From NCBI GenBank assembly GCA_947345935.1, contig CAMZZN010000001.1, forward strand, positions 47,049-111,048: 64,000 nucleotides of DNA, written 5' to 3'. The notes below the pieces were generated by a model. That model saw nothing but the letters and a program-made list of their open reading frames with translations. It searched no databases and was not told where the DNA came from. Origin of the DNA: an uncultured Ruminococcus sp. (GTDB lineage: Bacteria > Bacillota > Clostridia > Oscillospirales > Ruminococcaceae). Shown here in pieces: positions 17,930 to 27,523 of this stretch; the stretch's first letter is position 1; each line of letters begins with the position of its first letter. A program made the translations under genes and the position numbers.

Positions 17930-19225
17930 CTAAATAATTTTAAAGTAGGTCTTGTCCTCAAATTCATCTTTATTCCGGGCAAGATCATAATTTTTTAGCT
18001 GCTCATCAAGCTGCCGGAAGATATTTTTTCTGGTTTCGTGGGAGAGCGTATGCTTGACGAATTCGCTGTTTTCAGCAATTTCTGCGGCTTCTTTCAAAGA
18101 ATGAGGCAGAGCCTGCAATTCACTTACGGCAGTTGTGGATTTTCTTGTCCTTTCCAGAAGAGAGCAGTCACCGCTGCGTATTCCTTCCATGCCGGCTGCC
18201 AGTATAAGCTTAAATGTAATGTATGGATTGCAGGCTGCGTCAGCAGAGCGTATTTCAATCCCTGACAGAGAACCGACGGCACGTGGAAGTCTTATAAGCT
18301 GCGAACGGTTTTCGCATGACCAGTCAACATATTTAGGGGCATATCCGATGCCGAATCGTCTATATGAATTTGTGGTGCTGTTGAGAAATGCGGTTATCTC
18401 GCAGATGCGCCTTAAAATACCTGAAATAAAACATTTTCCGTTGTGTGACATTTCATCGAAATCAGGGTGGAACAAATCCTCACCTGATTTTTTTATGCTC
18501 AGAGATATGCTCAGGGCGCTTCCGTGTTCGTCCGCAAGAGGTTTGGGCATAAACGAAGCGAAAAGACCATTCTGGGCGGCAATTGATTTTACTACGGTCT
18601 TGTAATGGACCATATTGTCGGCTGCGGTAACAGGTTCGCTTTCACGGAATTCTATTTCGTTCTGGGCAGGACCATGCTTGTGGCAGGAACTACGTGGGTT
18701 CATTCCCATTTCCTCCAGAGACAGACAGATCTCACGCCTTGCGTTTTCACAGCGGTCGAGGGGCGCTACGTCCATAAAACCACCGTTGTCGTGCGGAATT
18801 TTGGTGGGTTCGCCCCGTTCGTCCAGTTCAAAAAGGTAAAATTCGCATTTTGTTCCCATTTCACAGGAATATCCCTCAAGGCGCAGCTGATTTATATAAT
18901 TTGTAAGTTCCGTGCGCATATCACCGACGTAGTCAGAGCCGTCGGTATTTTTCAAACTACAGAAAAAGCGGACTACACGTCCTGATTTAGGCCGCCATGG
19001 TAGAACAGAAAGAGTGGATATATCAGGCATCAGCATCAGGTCGGAGCATCCTTCGTAAATACTGGAAGCGTCAAACGGGATACCGTATTCAAAAGCCCTG
19101 GGAAGCTCGTCCGGCATTATTGCAAGATTTTTCAGGCTGCCGAACATATCACAGAAAGTGAGACGGATAAACTTAACGTCGTTTTCTTCAATGAACTTCA
19201 GCAGTTCTTTTGGAGAATTGTTCAT
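17930..19225 (-). CDS. Glutamine synthetase type I-like protein, probably catalytically degenerate
   Basis: GSI fold motifs (FDASS, FMPKP, NRSQLIRLP, IEIRSADAACNPY) present, but several metal and catalytic residues are substituted (see findings). Confidence 0.88.
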   Translation of the reverse strand: MNNSPKELLKFIEENDVKFIRLTFCDMFGSLKNLAIMPDELPRAFEYGIPFDASSIYEGCSDLMLMPDISTLSVLPWRPKSGRVVRFFCSLKNTDGSDYVGDMRTELTNYINQLRLEGYSCEMGTKCEFYLFELDERGEPTKIPHDNGGFMDVAPLDRCENARREICLSLEEMGMNPRSSCHKHGPAQNEIEFRESEPVTAADNMVHYKTVVKSIAAQNGLFASFMPKPLADEHGSALSISLSIKKSGEDLFHPDFDEMSHNGKCFISGILRRICEITAFLNSTTNSYRRFGIGYAPKYVDWSCENRSQLIRLPRAVGSLSGIEIRSADAACNPYITFKLILAAGMEGIRSGDCSLLERTRKSTTAVSELQALPHSLKEAAEIAENSEFVKHTLSHETRKNIFRQLDEQLKNYDLARNKDEFEDKTYFKII

Positions 19226-19273
19226 GGTAAAACCTCCGTAAAAATTGATTTGCGTGGGAATTTTCTATCTTCA

Positions 19274-19302
19274 ATTATATCACTTTTTCATGCTAAAGTA
19301 AA
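19274..19302 (-). promoter_or_regulatory. Sigma-A promoter of the GS-like/ANTAR operon
   Basis: Minus strand TTTACT, 17 nt, TATAAT with extended TG, about 50 nt before the ATG. Confidence 0.6.
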
Positions 19303-19524
19303 TAGTTTCGGAAAAATTTGACTTATCTTTTCATTTTCTTTGCATTTTTGTGAGGACTTTATTGTTTCATATATGGTATATTATAAAAGATCCAGGGTAT
19401 ATTGAATGTCACATATACAATATGCTTTATGTTATATTAAACAGAGGATCACTTAGAGCATATTCACATAAAATATGTTTTGAATTTCTGAAACATATTT
19501 TAAGAAATAAGGGAGTTTGTTAGA

Positions 19525-20628
19525 ATGTGGAAGATAATTGATACATGGAATGAAAAAGAAGTTAAAATATACGAGGATTTTGTAAGCGGTCATATAAACG
19601 GTTCATTTACCCAGTCGATACGTTGGGCGCAGTTCAAGTCAAACTGGAAATACGAGGCAATCATCGTTACTGATAACGACGGTAAAATCAAGGGGGCGGC
19701 GCTTATTCTCATTAAAGTGATACCGGTTATAAGACGGTCGTTTCTCTATTGTCCAAGGGGGCCTGTATGCGATTTCAGCGACAAGGATACGCTTGGGGAA
19801 ATACTGGAAGCTGTCAGCGAGCTTGCAAAAAAATACAAGGCATACCAGTTTAAAACAGATCCGTGTATTACTGAGGACGAAACAGAATATATAAATGCTT
19901 TCAGAGATTTGGGATTTCAGTTCAGAGAAAATGCCCCGGAACTGTCAACCATCCAGGCAAGGAACAGCTATATGCTTTTCTTTAACGGTCGGAACAAGGA
20001 CGAGCTTTTCGCCGCATTTCACAGCAAATGGAGATACAATATACGTGTTGCCATGAAAAAAGGAGTTGAATGCAGAGTCTGCGGCAGAGAGGCTGTTGAC
20101 GATTTCTACAGTCTTATGGAAGAAACAGGTAAAAGAGACTGTTTCTATATCAGAGAAAAAAGTTACTTTGAAGGAATGCTGGACAAGCTCGGCGACAGCT
20201 GCCGTCTTTATATGTGCTATCATGAAGGAGTTCCGCTTTCGGGAGCAGTATGCGTAAAATACGCCGGAAAATCTCATTATGTTTATGGAGCTTCAACTGT
20301 TCGCATGAGAAACGTAATGCCGAATTATCTTATGCAGTGGACAATGATCTCTGACGCCGCTGATAGCGGATGTTATGTTCATGATTTTATGGGAATACCT
20401 TTTTATAAGAATCCCGAACATCCTAATTACGGAGTTTACCGTTTTAAGAGCGGATTTAACGGAGAAGTTGTCACATATGCCGGCGAGTTTGATATAAGAT
20501 ACAGACGTTTTATTTCCAAGCTGTCGGATGCGGCAGTCTTTGCCGTAAGGGAGTTCAGAAAGCTTTATACACGTATTATGATAAGAAGAAAAAATAAGGA
20601 AGAACAAAAAACAAAAAAATCACTTTGA
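19525..20628 (+). CDS. FemABX/MurM-family aminoacyl-tRNA-dependent peptidoglycan bridge ligase
   Basis: FTQSIRWAQFK, YCPRGP, WRYNIRVAMKKGV, HYVYGAS, PNYLMQW, GVYRFKSGFNG. Confidence 0.9.
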   Translation: MWKIIDTWNEKEVKIYEDFVSGHINGSFTQSIRWAQFKSNWKYEAIIVTDNDGKIKGAALILIKVIPVIRRSFLYCPRGPVCDFSDKDTLGEILEAVSELAKKYKAYQFKTDPCITEDETEYINAFRDLGFQFRENAPELSTIQARNSYMLFFNGRNKDELFAAFHSKWRYNIRVAMKKGVECRVCGREAVDDFYSLMEETGKRDCFYIREKSYFEGMLDKLGDSCRLYMCYHEGVPLSGAVCVKYAGKSHYVYGASTVRMRNVMPNYLMQWTMISDAADSGCYVHDFMGIPFYKNPEHPNYGVYRFKSGFNGEVVTYAGEFDIRYRRFISKLSDAAVFAVREFRKLYTRIMIRRKNKEEQKTKKSL

Positions 20629-20632
20629 AAAC

Positions 20633-20660
20633 TTGACATTTCCGGAAAATGTGATATAAT
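20633..20660 (+). promoter_or_regulatory. Sigma-A promoter of alaS
   Basis: TTGACA, 16 nt, TATAAT with extended TG. Confidence 0.75.
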
Positions 20661-20666
20661 AAAAAT

Positions 20667-20870
20667 GTATAGCATTGATGGGATTAATTGTCAGCAATGT
20701 GTTTCAGAGTGAAAGCGGCCAGCGCTGCTTTTACACAAGGGATAGGTGCTGTCCGTGAACTTCTGCGGAAAAACGCAGCAATTTCATGCGTTATAGAAAA
20801 GAGATTTTCAATTTTGAACCAGGGTGGTACCACGAGAGCCTTCGTCCCATATGCGGCGGGGCTTTTTGTA
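20667..20870 (+). promoter_or_regulatory. T-box riboswitch leader of alaS
   Basis: T-box AACCAGGGTGGTACCACG (20817-34), AG-rich Stem I element, and terminator GCCTTCGTC...GGCGGGGCTTTTT. A GCT at 20748-50 is a tentative Ala specifier. Confidence 0.88.
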
Positions 20871-20894
20871 TTATATTATAAGGAGTAAATCAAT

Positions 20895-23525
20895 ATGCAA
20901 TGGATCGGATTAAATGATCTTCGTGAAAAATATCTTTCTTTCTTTGAAAGCAAGAACCATACGAGAATGGCAAGCGCATCGCTTGTTCCGCAGGGCGACA
21001 AAAGCCTTCTGCTTATCAACTCCGGTATGGCACCGCTGAAAAAATATTTTCTGGGACAGGCTGTTCCGCCGAATAAGAGGGTCACTACCTGTCAGAAGTG
21101 TATCAGAACTCCAGACATCGAAAGCGTTGGAAAGACAGCACGACATGGCACTTATTTTGAAATGCTGGGAAATTTCTCTTTCGGTGACTACTTCAAGCTT
21201 GAAGCCATCGCATGGGCATGGGAATTTCTGACAAAGGTTCTGGAGATACCGGCAGACAGACTCTGGATCACGATTTTTGAAAGCGACGACGAGGCAGAGC
21301 AGATATGGATGAACAATATAGGAATCCCGCAGGACAGGATCATTCGCCTTGGCAAAAAAGATAATTTCTGGGAACACGGCTCCGGTCCGTGCGGTCCATG
21401 TTCCGAGATTCATTTCGACCGTGGCGAGGCATATGGTCCTTTTGAGAACTTTGAACAGGCGAGCGACTGTGATCGTATTATCGAGATCTGGAATCTGGTA
21501 TTCAGCCAGTTCGACAGTGACGGAAACGGTCATTACGAAGAAATGAAGAACAAGAATATCGACACCGGAATGGGTTTGGAACGTCTTGCCTGTGTAATGC
21601 AGGGCGTGGATAACATCTTTGAGGTCGATACGGTTCAGAAGATAATGAAGCATATTTCTTCTGTTGCAGGGGTTGAATACAAAAAGGATGCAAAGACTGA
21701 TGTTTCGCTCCGTGTTATCACCGACCATATAAGAAGCACAACATTTATGGTGGGCGACGGCATCATGCCTTCAAACGAGGGAAGAGGCTACGTTTTGAGA
21801 CGTCTTCTGAGAAGAGCTGCACGTCACGGCAGACTTCTGGGCATTACAAAGCCGTTTCTCTGCGATGTGGCTGATACCGTTATCAACGAGAATGCCAGCG
21901 CATATCCTGAACTTGCAGAAAAGAGAGAATATATCAAAAAGATCATCGGCGTAGAGGAGGAAGCCTTTGCCAAAACGATTGACAAGGGAACGGAGCTTCT
22001 TAATCAATACATGAAAAAGCTTGAAAACGACAAGAACAACGTTCTTTCAGGCGACGACGCATTCAGACTTTCCGATACCTACGGCTTCCCTATTGATCTC
22101 ACTATTGAGATATGCGAAGAAAAGGGAATCCAGGTCGACGTTGAACGATTCAGGGAACTTGCTCTTGAACAGCGTAATCTTGCAAAGGCAGATCATCTTG
22201 CAAAGGCAGGCTCGTCCTGGGCTGACAACAGCATTAAAATAGATGCTCCGGCTACTGTATTCACAGGATATACTTCTTTTGAAGTAAAGGATGCCGAGGT
22301 TCTTGCCATTTATATGGGCGGTGTTGAGATAGAGACTGCCGTAGAGGGCGATGATGTTACCATTGTTCTGGATATAACGCCTTTCTACGCCGAGTCGGGC
22401 GGACAGACAGGCGATACCGGCGTGCTTCTTACCGGAGCAAGCATTGCTTCTGTTGAAGATACTATAAAATCTGAGGGACATTTCCTCCACCTCGCAACTA
22501 TCGAGCAGGGAAGCATTTCAAAGGGCGATAAGGTTCTTGCGCAGATCGAAAAAGAACGTCGTCTTTCCATTATGAGGAATCACACAACGGCTCATCTTCT
22601 TCAGTATGCTCTTCGCCAGGTTCTGGGCGATCACGTTCATCAGGCAGGACAGCTTGTAAACGAAAAAGCGTGCCGTTTTGACTTCAATCATTTCAGCGCC
22701 ATGACCGCAGAGGAGATCGTTAAGGTAGAGGAACTGGTAAATGCCGAAATCCTTGCCGCAGTTGACGTGACCATGAAAGAAATGCCGATCGAAGAAGCGA
22801 GAAAACTTGGAGCAATGGCTCTCTTCGGTGAAAAGTACGGCGATACCGTAAGAGTTGTAACCGCTGATAATTCCGTGGAATTCTGCGGGGGTACACACGT
22901 TTCAAATACATCGCAGATCGGTCTTTTCAAGATCGTTTCTGAAAGTTCTGTCGCAGCCGGAGTACGCAGAATAGAGGCTGTAACAGGTTCCGGAGTTCTT
23001 GCGCTTCTGGATGGCTACAAAAATACGCTTCTCAGGTCGGCTAAGGCTCTCAAGGTCTCGAACCCTTCTGAACTTCCGGAAAAGTGTAGGGCAGCCGCTG
23101 CTGAGATCAAGGAAAAGGACAAGAAGATCGAAAGTCTTACGCAGCAGATTGCCAATGCAAAGGTTGCGGCAATCTTTGACAACGCCGAGGATATCTGTGG
23201 AGTAAAGGTGATTTCCGCAATGATGACCGGAGTTACTCCCGATGCCCTCAGAAAGCTCGGAGACGGCGTAAAAGACAGAACAGAAGCTGTAATCGCTCTC
23301 TTTGCCGGAATTGACGGGGAAAAGGGTACATTCTACTGCGTCTGCAATTCAGGAGCTGCCGACAGGGGAGCTCATGCCGGAAAGATAGTTCAAAGGATCG
23401 CAGCTATTACCGGCGGCAAGGGCGGCGGACGTCCTGACAGCGCTATGGCAGGTATCGGCAAAACATATATGGTGGATGAGGCGCTTATGTCCTTCAAATC
23501 CATTGCTAAGGAATTTATATGCTAA
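20895..23525 (+). CDS. alaS: Alanine--tRNA ligase
   Basis: NSGMAPLK, HGTYFEMLGNFSFGDYFK, IDTGMGLER, editing motifs HTTAH and CGGTH, C-terminal GGGR. Confidence 0.98.
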   Translation: MQWIGLNDLREKYLSFFESKNHTRMASASLVPQGDKSLLLINSGMAPLKKYFLGQAVPPNKRVTTCQKCIRTPDIESVGKTARHGTYFEMLGNFSFGDYFKLEAIAWAWEFLTKVLEIPADRLWITIFESDDEAEQIWMNNIGIPQDRIIRLGKKDNFWEHGSGPCGPCSEIHFDRGEAYGPFENFEQASDCDRIIEIWNLVFSQFDSDGNGHYEEMKNKNIDTGMGLERLACVMQGVDNIFEVDTVQKIMKHISSVAGVEYKKDAKTDVSLRVITDHIRSTTFMVGDGIMPSNEGRGYVLRRLLRRAARHGRLLGITKPFLCDVADTVINENASAYPELAEKREYIKKIIGVEEEAFAKTIDKGTELLNQYMKKLENDKNNVLSGDDAFRLSDTYGFPIDLTIEICEEKGIQVDVERFRELALEQRNLAKADHLAKAGSSWADNSIKIDAPATVFTGYTSFEVKDAEVLAIYMGGVEIETAVEGDDVTIVLDITPFYAESGGQTGDTGVLLTGASIASVEDTIKSEGHFLHLATIEQGSISKGDKVLAQIEKERRLSIMRNHTTAHLLQYALRQVLGDHVHQAGQLVNEKACRFDFNHFSAMTAEEIVKVEELVNAEILAAVDVTMKEMPIEEARKLGAMALFGEKYGDTVRVVTADNSVEFCGGTHVSNTSQIGLFKIVSESSVAAGVRRIEAVTGSGVLALLDGYKNTLLRSAKALKVSNPSELPEKCRAAAAEIKEKDKKIESLTQQIANAKVAAIFDNAEDICGVKVISAMMTGVTPDALRKLGDGVKDRTEAVIALFAGIDGEKGTFYCVCNSGAADRGAHAGKIVQRIAAITGGKGGGRPDSAMAGIGKTYMVDEALMSFKSIAKEFIC

Positions 23526-23537
23526 AGGAGAATTAAT

Positions 23538-23891
23538 ATGGAATGCTTATTCTGTAAAATAATTGACGGTGAAATTCCGAGCACAAAGGTGTATGAAGAC
23601 GAGTATGTTTACTGTTTTAAGGATATTGCACCTATCGCACCGGTACACTATCTTATAATACCCAAAATTCATATCAGCGGAGCCGACCAGATCACCGGAG
23701 AGAATGCGTCCGTTGTTGCAAAGGTGTTTGAGGCGGCAGCTAAGATAGCCGGGGCTGAGGGAATCGAAAGCTATCGTATTATCAACAACTGCGGAGACGA
23801 TGCAGGGCAGACTGTAAAACATCTTCATTTCCACTTTCTTGCAGGTGTGAAAATGGGATGGGGACCTGAATCTCTCGGAAAGATCGAGTAA
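23538..23891 (+). CDS. HIT family nucleotide hydrolase
   Basis: CLFCKI, GQTVKHLHFH triad. Confidence 0.93.
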   Translation: MECLFCKIIDGEIPSTKVYEDEYVYCFKDIAPIAPVHYLIIPKIHISGADQITGENASVVAKVFEAAAKIAGAEGIESYRIINNCGDDAGQTVKHLHFHFLAGVKMGWGPESLGKIE

Positions 23892-23902
23892 GGCGGATAA
23901 GA

Positions 23903-24439
23903 ATGAATACCTATAAAATGATTATAGCTGGGATGGAGAGGGAGCTTCCTCTCTGTCCTCTCAACGAAAAGCTTGATATTGCGGCATTCGTTATGTTCTC
24001 AGATACGGAGCTTACAGTTGCGGCTTCAAAGGAACTGCTGAAAAAATGCCCGGATTTTGACGTTATCCTCACTGCCGAGTCAAAGGGTATACCCCTTGCA
24101 TATGAAATGTCAAGACAGTCCGGAAAGCCTTATGTTGTAGCGAGGAAGTCTGTCAAACTGTATATGACTGAGCCGGTGTCGGTTACCGTTAAATCAATTA
24201 CTACTGCTGCCGAGCAGACACTCTATCTCTCGCAGGAAAAGGCTGCTATGCTGAAAGGAAAAAAGGTGATTCTTGCCGACGACGTAATAAGCACCGGAGA
24301 ATCAATTTCAGCTCTTGTGAAGCTTACGGAAGCTGTAGGCGGTGAAGTCGCAGGAAAGGCGGCTGTTCTTGCTGAAGGCGATGCGGCTGACAGAGACGAT
24401 ATAGTTTTTCTTGAAAAGCTGCCTTTATTTTTTAAGTAA
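23903..24439 (+). CDS. Type I purine phosphoribosyltransferase (Apt-like)
   Basis: TAESKGIP, ARK, VILADDVISTGES PRPP loop. Confidence 0.85.
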   Translation: MNTYKMIIAGMERELPLCPLNEKLDIAAFVMFSDTELTVAASKELLKKCPDFDVILTAESKGIPLAYEMSRQSGKPYVVARKSVKLYMTEPVSVTVKSITTAAEQTLYLSQEKAAMLKGKKVILADDVISTGESISALVKLTEAVGGEVAGKAAVLAEGDAADRDDIVFLEKLPLFFK

Positions 24440-24451
24440 GGGAGAATTATT

Positions 24452-26452
24452 ATGAAGCGGAAAATGATTGGTGCTGCTGCAGCTTATCTGGCAGGATTGT
24501 TTTTCGCTTCATTTTTTACAGGAATAAAATTTGCTGCCATTTTGATTCTTATATTTACTCTGGTAATTATAAAGGGAATAAAAAGCAGGGATCTTTTGAT
24601 GCTTTTCGTCTGTTTCTCGTGTGCATTTATCGTTTCAAAGACATACGAGCATTTTTATTATGACAGGATAGTATCCCTGTCAGGATCTTTAGGGAACTTT
24701 GACGGCAGAATAGTTGAAATTGAAAATTATGCCGGAGATCTCGCTCTTTATACGCTTAAAGGCAATCTTGACGGAGTGTCTGGTGTAAAAGTTACATACC
24801 TTGGCAGCGGATTCAATGCTGAATACGGCGATATCCTGCATTTGAAGGGATGTACGTTTTCAAAATACAAAAATGACTATGTATTCAGAAACAAAGATAT
24901 TTTTATGTCCGAGGGAATATTTCTCAGCGCTGATTACCCCGAAAGTGCCGAATTGGAGCGCACCAATTCAAGACCTGTTAAAAATTCTCTGGCAGGGTAT
25001 CGTGAGAAGATGATCTCACGTTTCCGGAGCAGTATGGACGGCGAAACCGGCGATTTTATCAGTGCGATGGTATTCGGAGAAAAGAGGGGCTTTGACCCGG
25101 ATATGAGAACGTCTCTTTACCGCAGCGGTGTCGGTCATGTCATGGCGGTATCAGGTCTCCACGTTTCTGTGATCGCTGTAATGTTGATGGCTCTTTTCAA
25201 GCGGCTAAGACTGGGCCGTGTACTGCCTTTTGTTTTTATGAATATCCTGATGTTTCTGTTCATATCCATGGCAGAACGGCCTGTTTCGGCAATAAGAGCT
25301 TCAATAATGATCGATTTTGTATATTCAGCTAAGATATTCAGGCGTCAGAGTGATACGTTCAATTCCCTTGCGGCAGCAGTTCTGATTATTTGTGTTTCAA
25401 ATCCGTATGCAGTATATAGCAGCGGTTTTCTGCTGTCAGTGACGGCTTCTTTCGGGATAGGCGTATTCGGTCCGTACATGACGAAAAACTTTACGGATAG
25501 AAAATTTGCCAAAAGCGCAGTAATAATGACGTGTACCAGCCTATGCATATTTCCGTTGTCAATTAAATACTTCGGTGAGACGTCTCTTGTTTCTCCGGTA
25601 ACGAACCTGTTGTTTCTGCCATTGTGTTCGGCTGCACTTGTTTTGGGAGCGATTTTCGTCATAACCGGAGGATTTCTTCCTGTTCTGGGTCTTGCAGAGT
25701 TTTTACTGCGTCCGGTAATTGCGGCTTCCGATATTATCTCACAAAACGATCTGACATATTTCTGCTTTCCGGGAGAGAATTCCGTTATCATTATTTTTGC
25801 TCTTGCCGCAGTTGTTGTTTCTGTTCACGTTGTTTTCAGCCGCAGACCGCTTACAGCATTGGCGATGGCGGCTGCATTCAGTGCGGTTATGATATGTTCG
25901 GCGATAAGCGGCAGATCAGTTAATGAATCTTTGAGAATAGCTTTTCTCGGAAGCGGACGGAATAATGCGGCGGTAATAACATACAAGGGCAGTGCCAGAA
26001 TATTTGACCTTGGCGGATATCACAATGCTCCTGTGTATGTAAGAAAATATCTCGGAGAAAACGGTATATCAGTCGCCGACAGCATAGTGCTGACAAAAAA
26101 CGAGCCGTCTCAGTATTCTGCATACATATCCGGGCTTAAGCCGGTTACAGTGGAAAAATGGTACACATCAGACGATATATTTGTGTACGGATCCGCAAAT
26201 ATTTCTTCTGCCGGAGATGAAATTGGATTTTCCGGCAATTCCCTAGAGATTGCATATTACGGCGGTGAACTTAATGCAGATCTTGCGGGAAACGTGATAA
26301 GTGTGAAACCGTCTGGAAACAGAGGATCTCTGATAGTCAGCGGAGATGCCATGAACCATGACATCCTGATAGACCGGGATGAAAACGGAGGCATAGACAA
26401 CTTTGAGATAACGCTGTTTGAGGACGGCAGGTATAAATTCAGGAGGCTGTAA
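24452..26452 (+). CDS. comEC: ComEC/Rec2 competence channel with degenerate metallo-beta-lactamase domain
   Basis: GVGHVMAVSGLHV, SAIRA, GFLLSVTA, multiple TM segments; followed by holA. Confidence 0.88.
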   Translation: MKRKMIGAAAAYLAGLFFASFFTGIKFAAILILIFTLVIIKGIKSRDLLMLFVCFSCAFIVSKTYEHFYYDRIVSLSGSLGNFDGRIVEIENYAGDLALYTLKGNLDGVSGVKVTYLGSGFNAEYGDILHLKGCTFSKYKNDYVFRNKDIFMSEGIFLSADYPESAELERTNSRPVKNSLAGYREKMISRFRSSMDGETGDFISAMVFGEKRGFDPDMRTSLYRSGVGHVMAVSGLHVSVIAVMLMALFKRLRLGRVLPFVFMNILMFLFISMAERPVSAIRASIMIDFVYSAKIFRRQSDTFNSLAAAVLIICVSNPYAVYSSGFLLSVTASFGIGVFGPYMTKNFTDRKFAKSAVIMTCTSLCIFPLSIKYFGETSLVSPVTNLLFLPLCSAALVLGAIFVITGGFLPVLGLAEFLLRPVIAASDIISQNDLTYFCFPGENSVIIIFALAAVVVSVHVVFSRRPLTALAMAAAFSAVMICSAISGRSVNESLRIAFLGSGRNNAAVITYKGSARIFDLGGYHNAPVYVRKYLGENGISVADSIVLTKNEPSQYSAYISGLKPVTVEKWYTSDDIFVYGSANISSAGDEIGFSGNSLEIAYYGGELNADLAGNVISVKPSGNRGSLIVSGDAMNHDILIDRDENGGIDNFEITLFEDGRYKFRRL

Positions 26453-27513
26453 TGGCATATACTGACGCAAAAACAATAAAGTCCCTGTTAAGAAAGGGCG
26501 AACTCAGCAATTTGTATTATATCTATGGCGAGGATGTAAGCGGCGTTGAAAGGCTGACAAATCAGATAATAAAGGCGGCTGTAGGAGAAAATGAAGACTT
26601 TGCCCTTAACCGTATAAACGGCAGGAATCTTGATCCCTCGGAACTTCGTGATCTGACAGAAATGATGCCGATGATGTCGGAGTATAACTGTATTCTTATC
26701 AATGATTATAACTGCGAGGATCAGCGTGAGGAGCTTACAAAGCGTGTGGCTGAAATTCTCAGAGAGGTTCCTCCTATGACAGTAATAATCATGAACGTTA
26801 CCGGTTTTGAGATAAAAACAAAGTTCGATTACAAGACAAAAAACCGTGTTATCGCTGACAAGAACAAAAAACTGGCGGATATAATAGCCAAGAACGGTTC
26901 TGTAGTCTGCTTTTCACTGAAAACGCCGCAGGAGCTTGCAAAGGATATCTCTGCGGCAGCGTCATCACGGGGCGGAGCGATATCCCTGGATAATGCACGT
27001 GAAATAGCCGAGCGCTGTCTCTGCGATCCTCTTGCTTCTGAAAACGAGATAGATAAGCTTTGCGCCTATGCGCAGGGAAGAGAGATAACCAGTGAAATGA
27101 TAGACGCAATGGTTCATCGACAGAGCGGCGTTACTGTTTTCAAGCTTGCCGATTCTGTTGCTGCATTCAACGGAAAACAGGCATTCGATGCCCTTGATGA
27201 GCTTATGCAGGCAAAGGAAAACAGAGGAACGGTTCTTGCAAGCATAACAAATTCTTTCCTTGATATGTATCGTGTCCGGACGGCAAGGCAATCCGGGCAC
27301 AACGCCGCAGAAGTTATTCAGGATTTTGGATATTTCAGCCGGGGATTTATTATTGAGAAAATGTTCCGCTCTCCGTCACGAATAAGCATTGCACGTCTGA
27401 GAAGCTGTCTGATAATACTTCGTGATACGGCAGTTACTCTGAATTCGACAGGCGGAGACGAAAAGACAGTTCTGGAACAGGCAGTGGCAAAAATGCTTGC
27501 ATTGAAGAATTAA
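26452..27513 (+). CDS. holA: DNA polymerase III delta subunit
   Basis: YYIYGED, NEIDKL, VFKLADSV; conserved comEC-holA order. Confidence 0.88.
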   Translation: MAYTDAKTIKSLLRKGELSNLYYIYGEDVSGVERLTNQIIKAAVGENEDFALNRINGRNLDPSELRDLTEMMPMMSEYNCILINDYNCEDQREELTKRVAEILREVPPMTVIIMNVTGFEIKTKFDYKTKNRVIADKNKKLADIIAKNGSVVCFSLKTPQELAKDISAAASSRGGAISLDNAREIAERCLCDPLASENEIDKLCAYAQGREITSEMIDAMVHRQSGVTVFKLADSVAAFNGKQAFDALDELMQAKENRGTVLASITNSFLDMYRVRTARQSGHNAAEVIQDFGYFSRGFIIEKMFRSPSRISIARLRSCLIILRDTAVTLNSTGGDEKTVLEQAVAKMLALKN

Positions 27514-27523
27514 CGGTGATATA

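Noticed and set aside
20910-21728. 272-aa antisense ORF within alaS (similarly 32425-33261 in glmS, 6677-7435 over rdgB, and many shorter ones in the track)
   Set aside because: Shadow frames of conserved plus-strand genes; no RBS or recognisable motifs.
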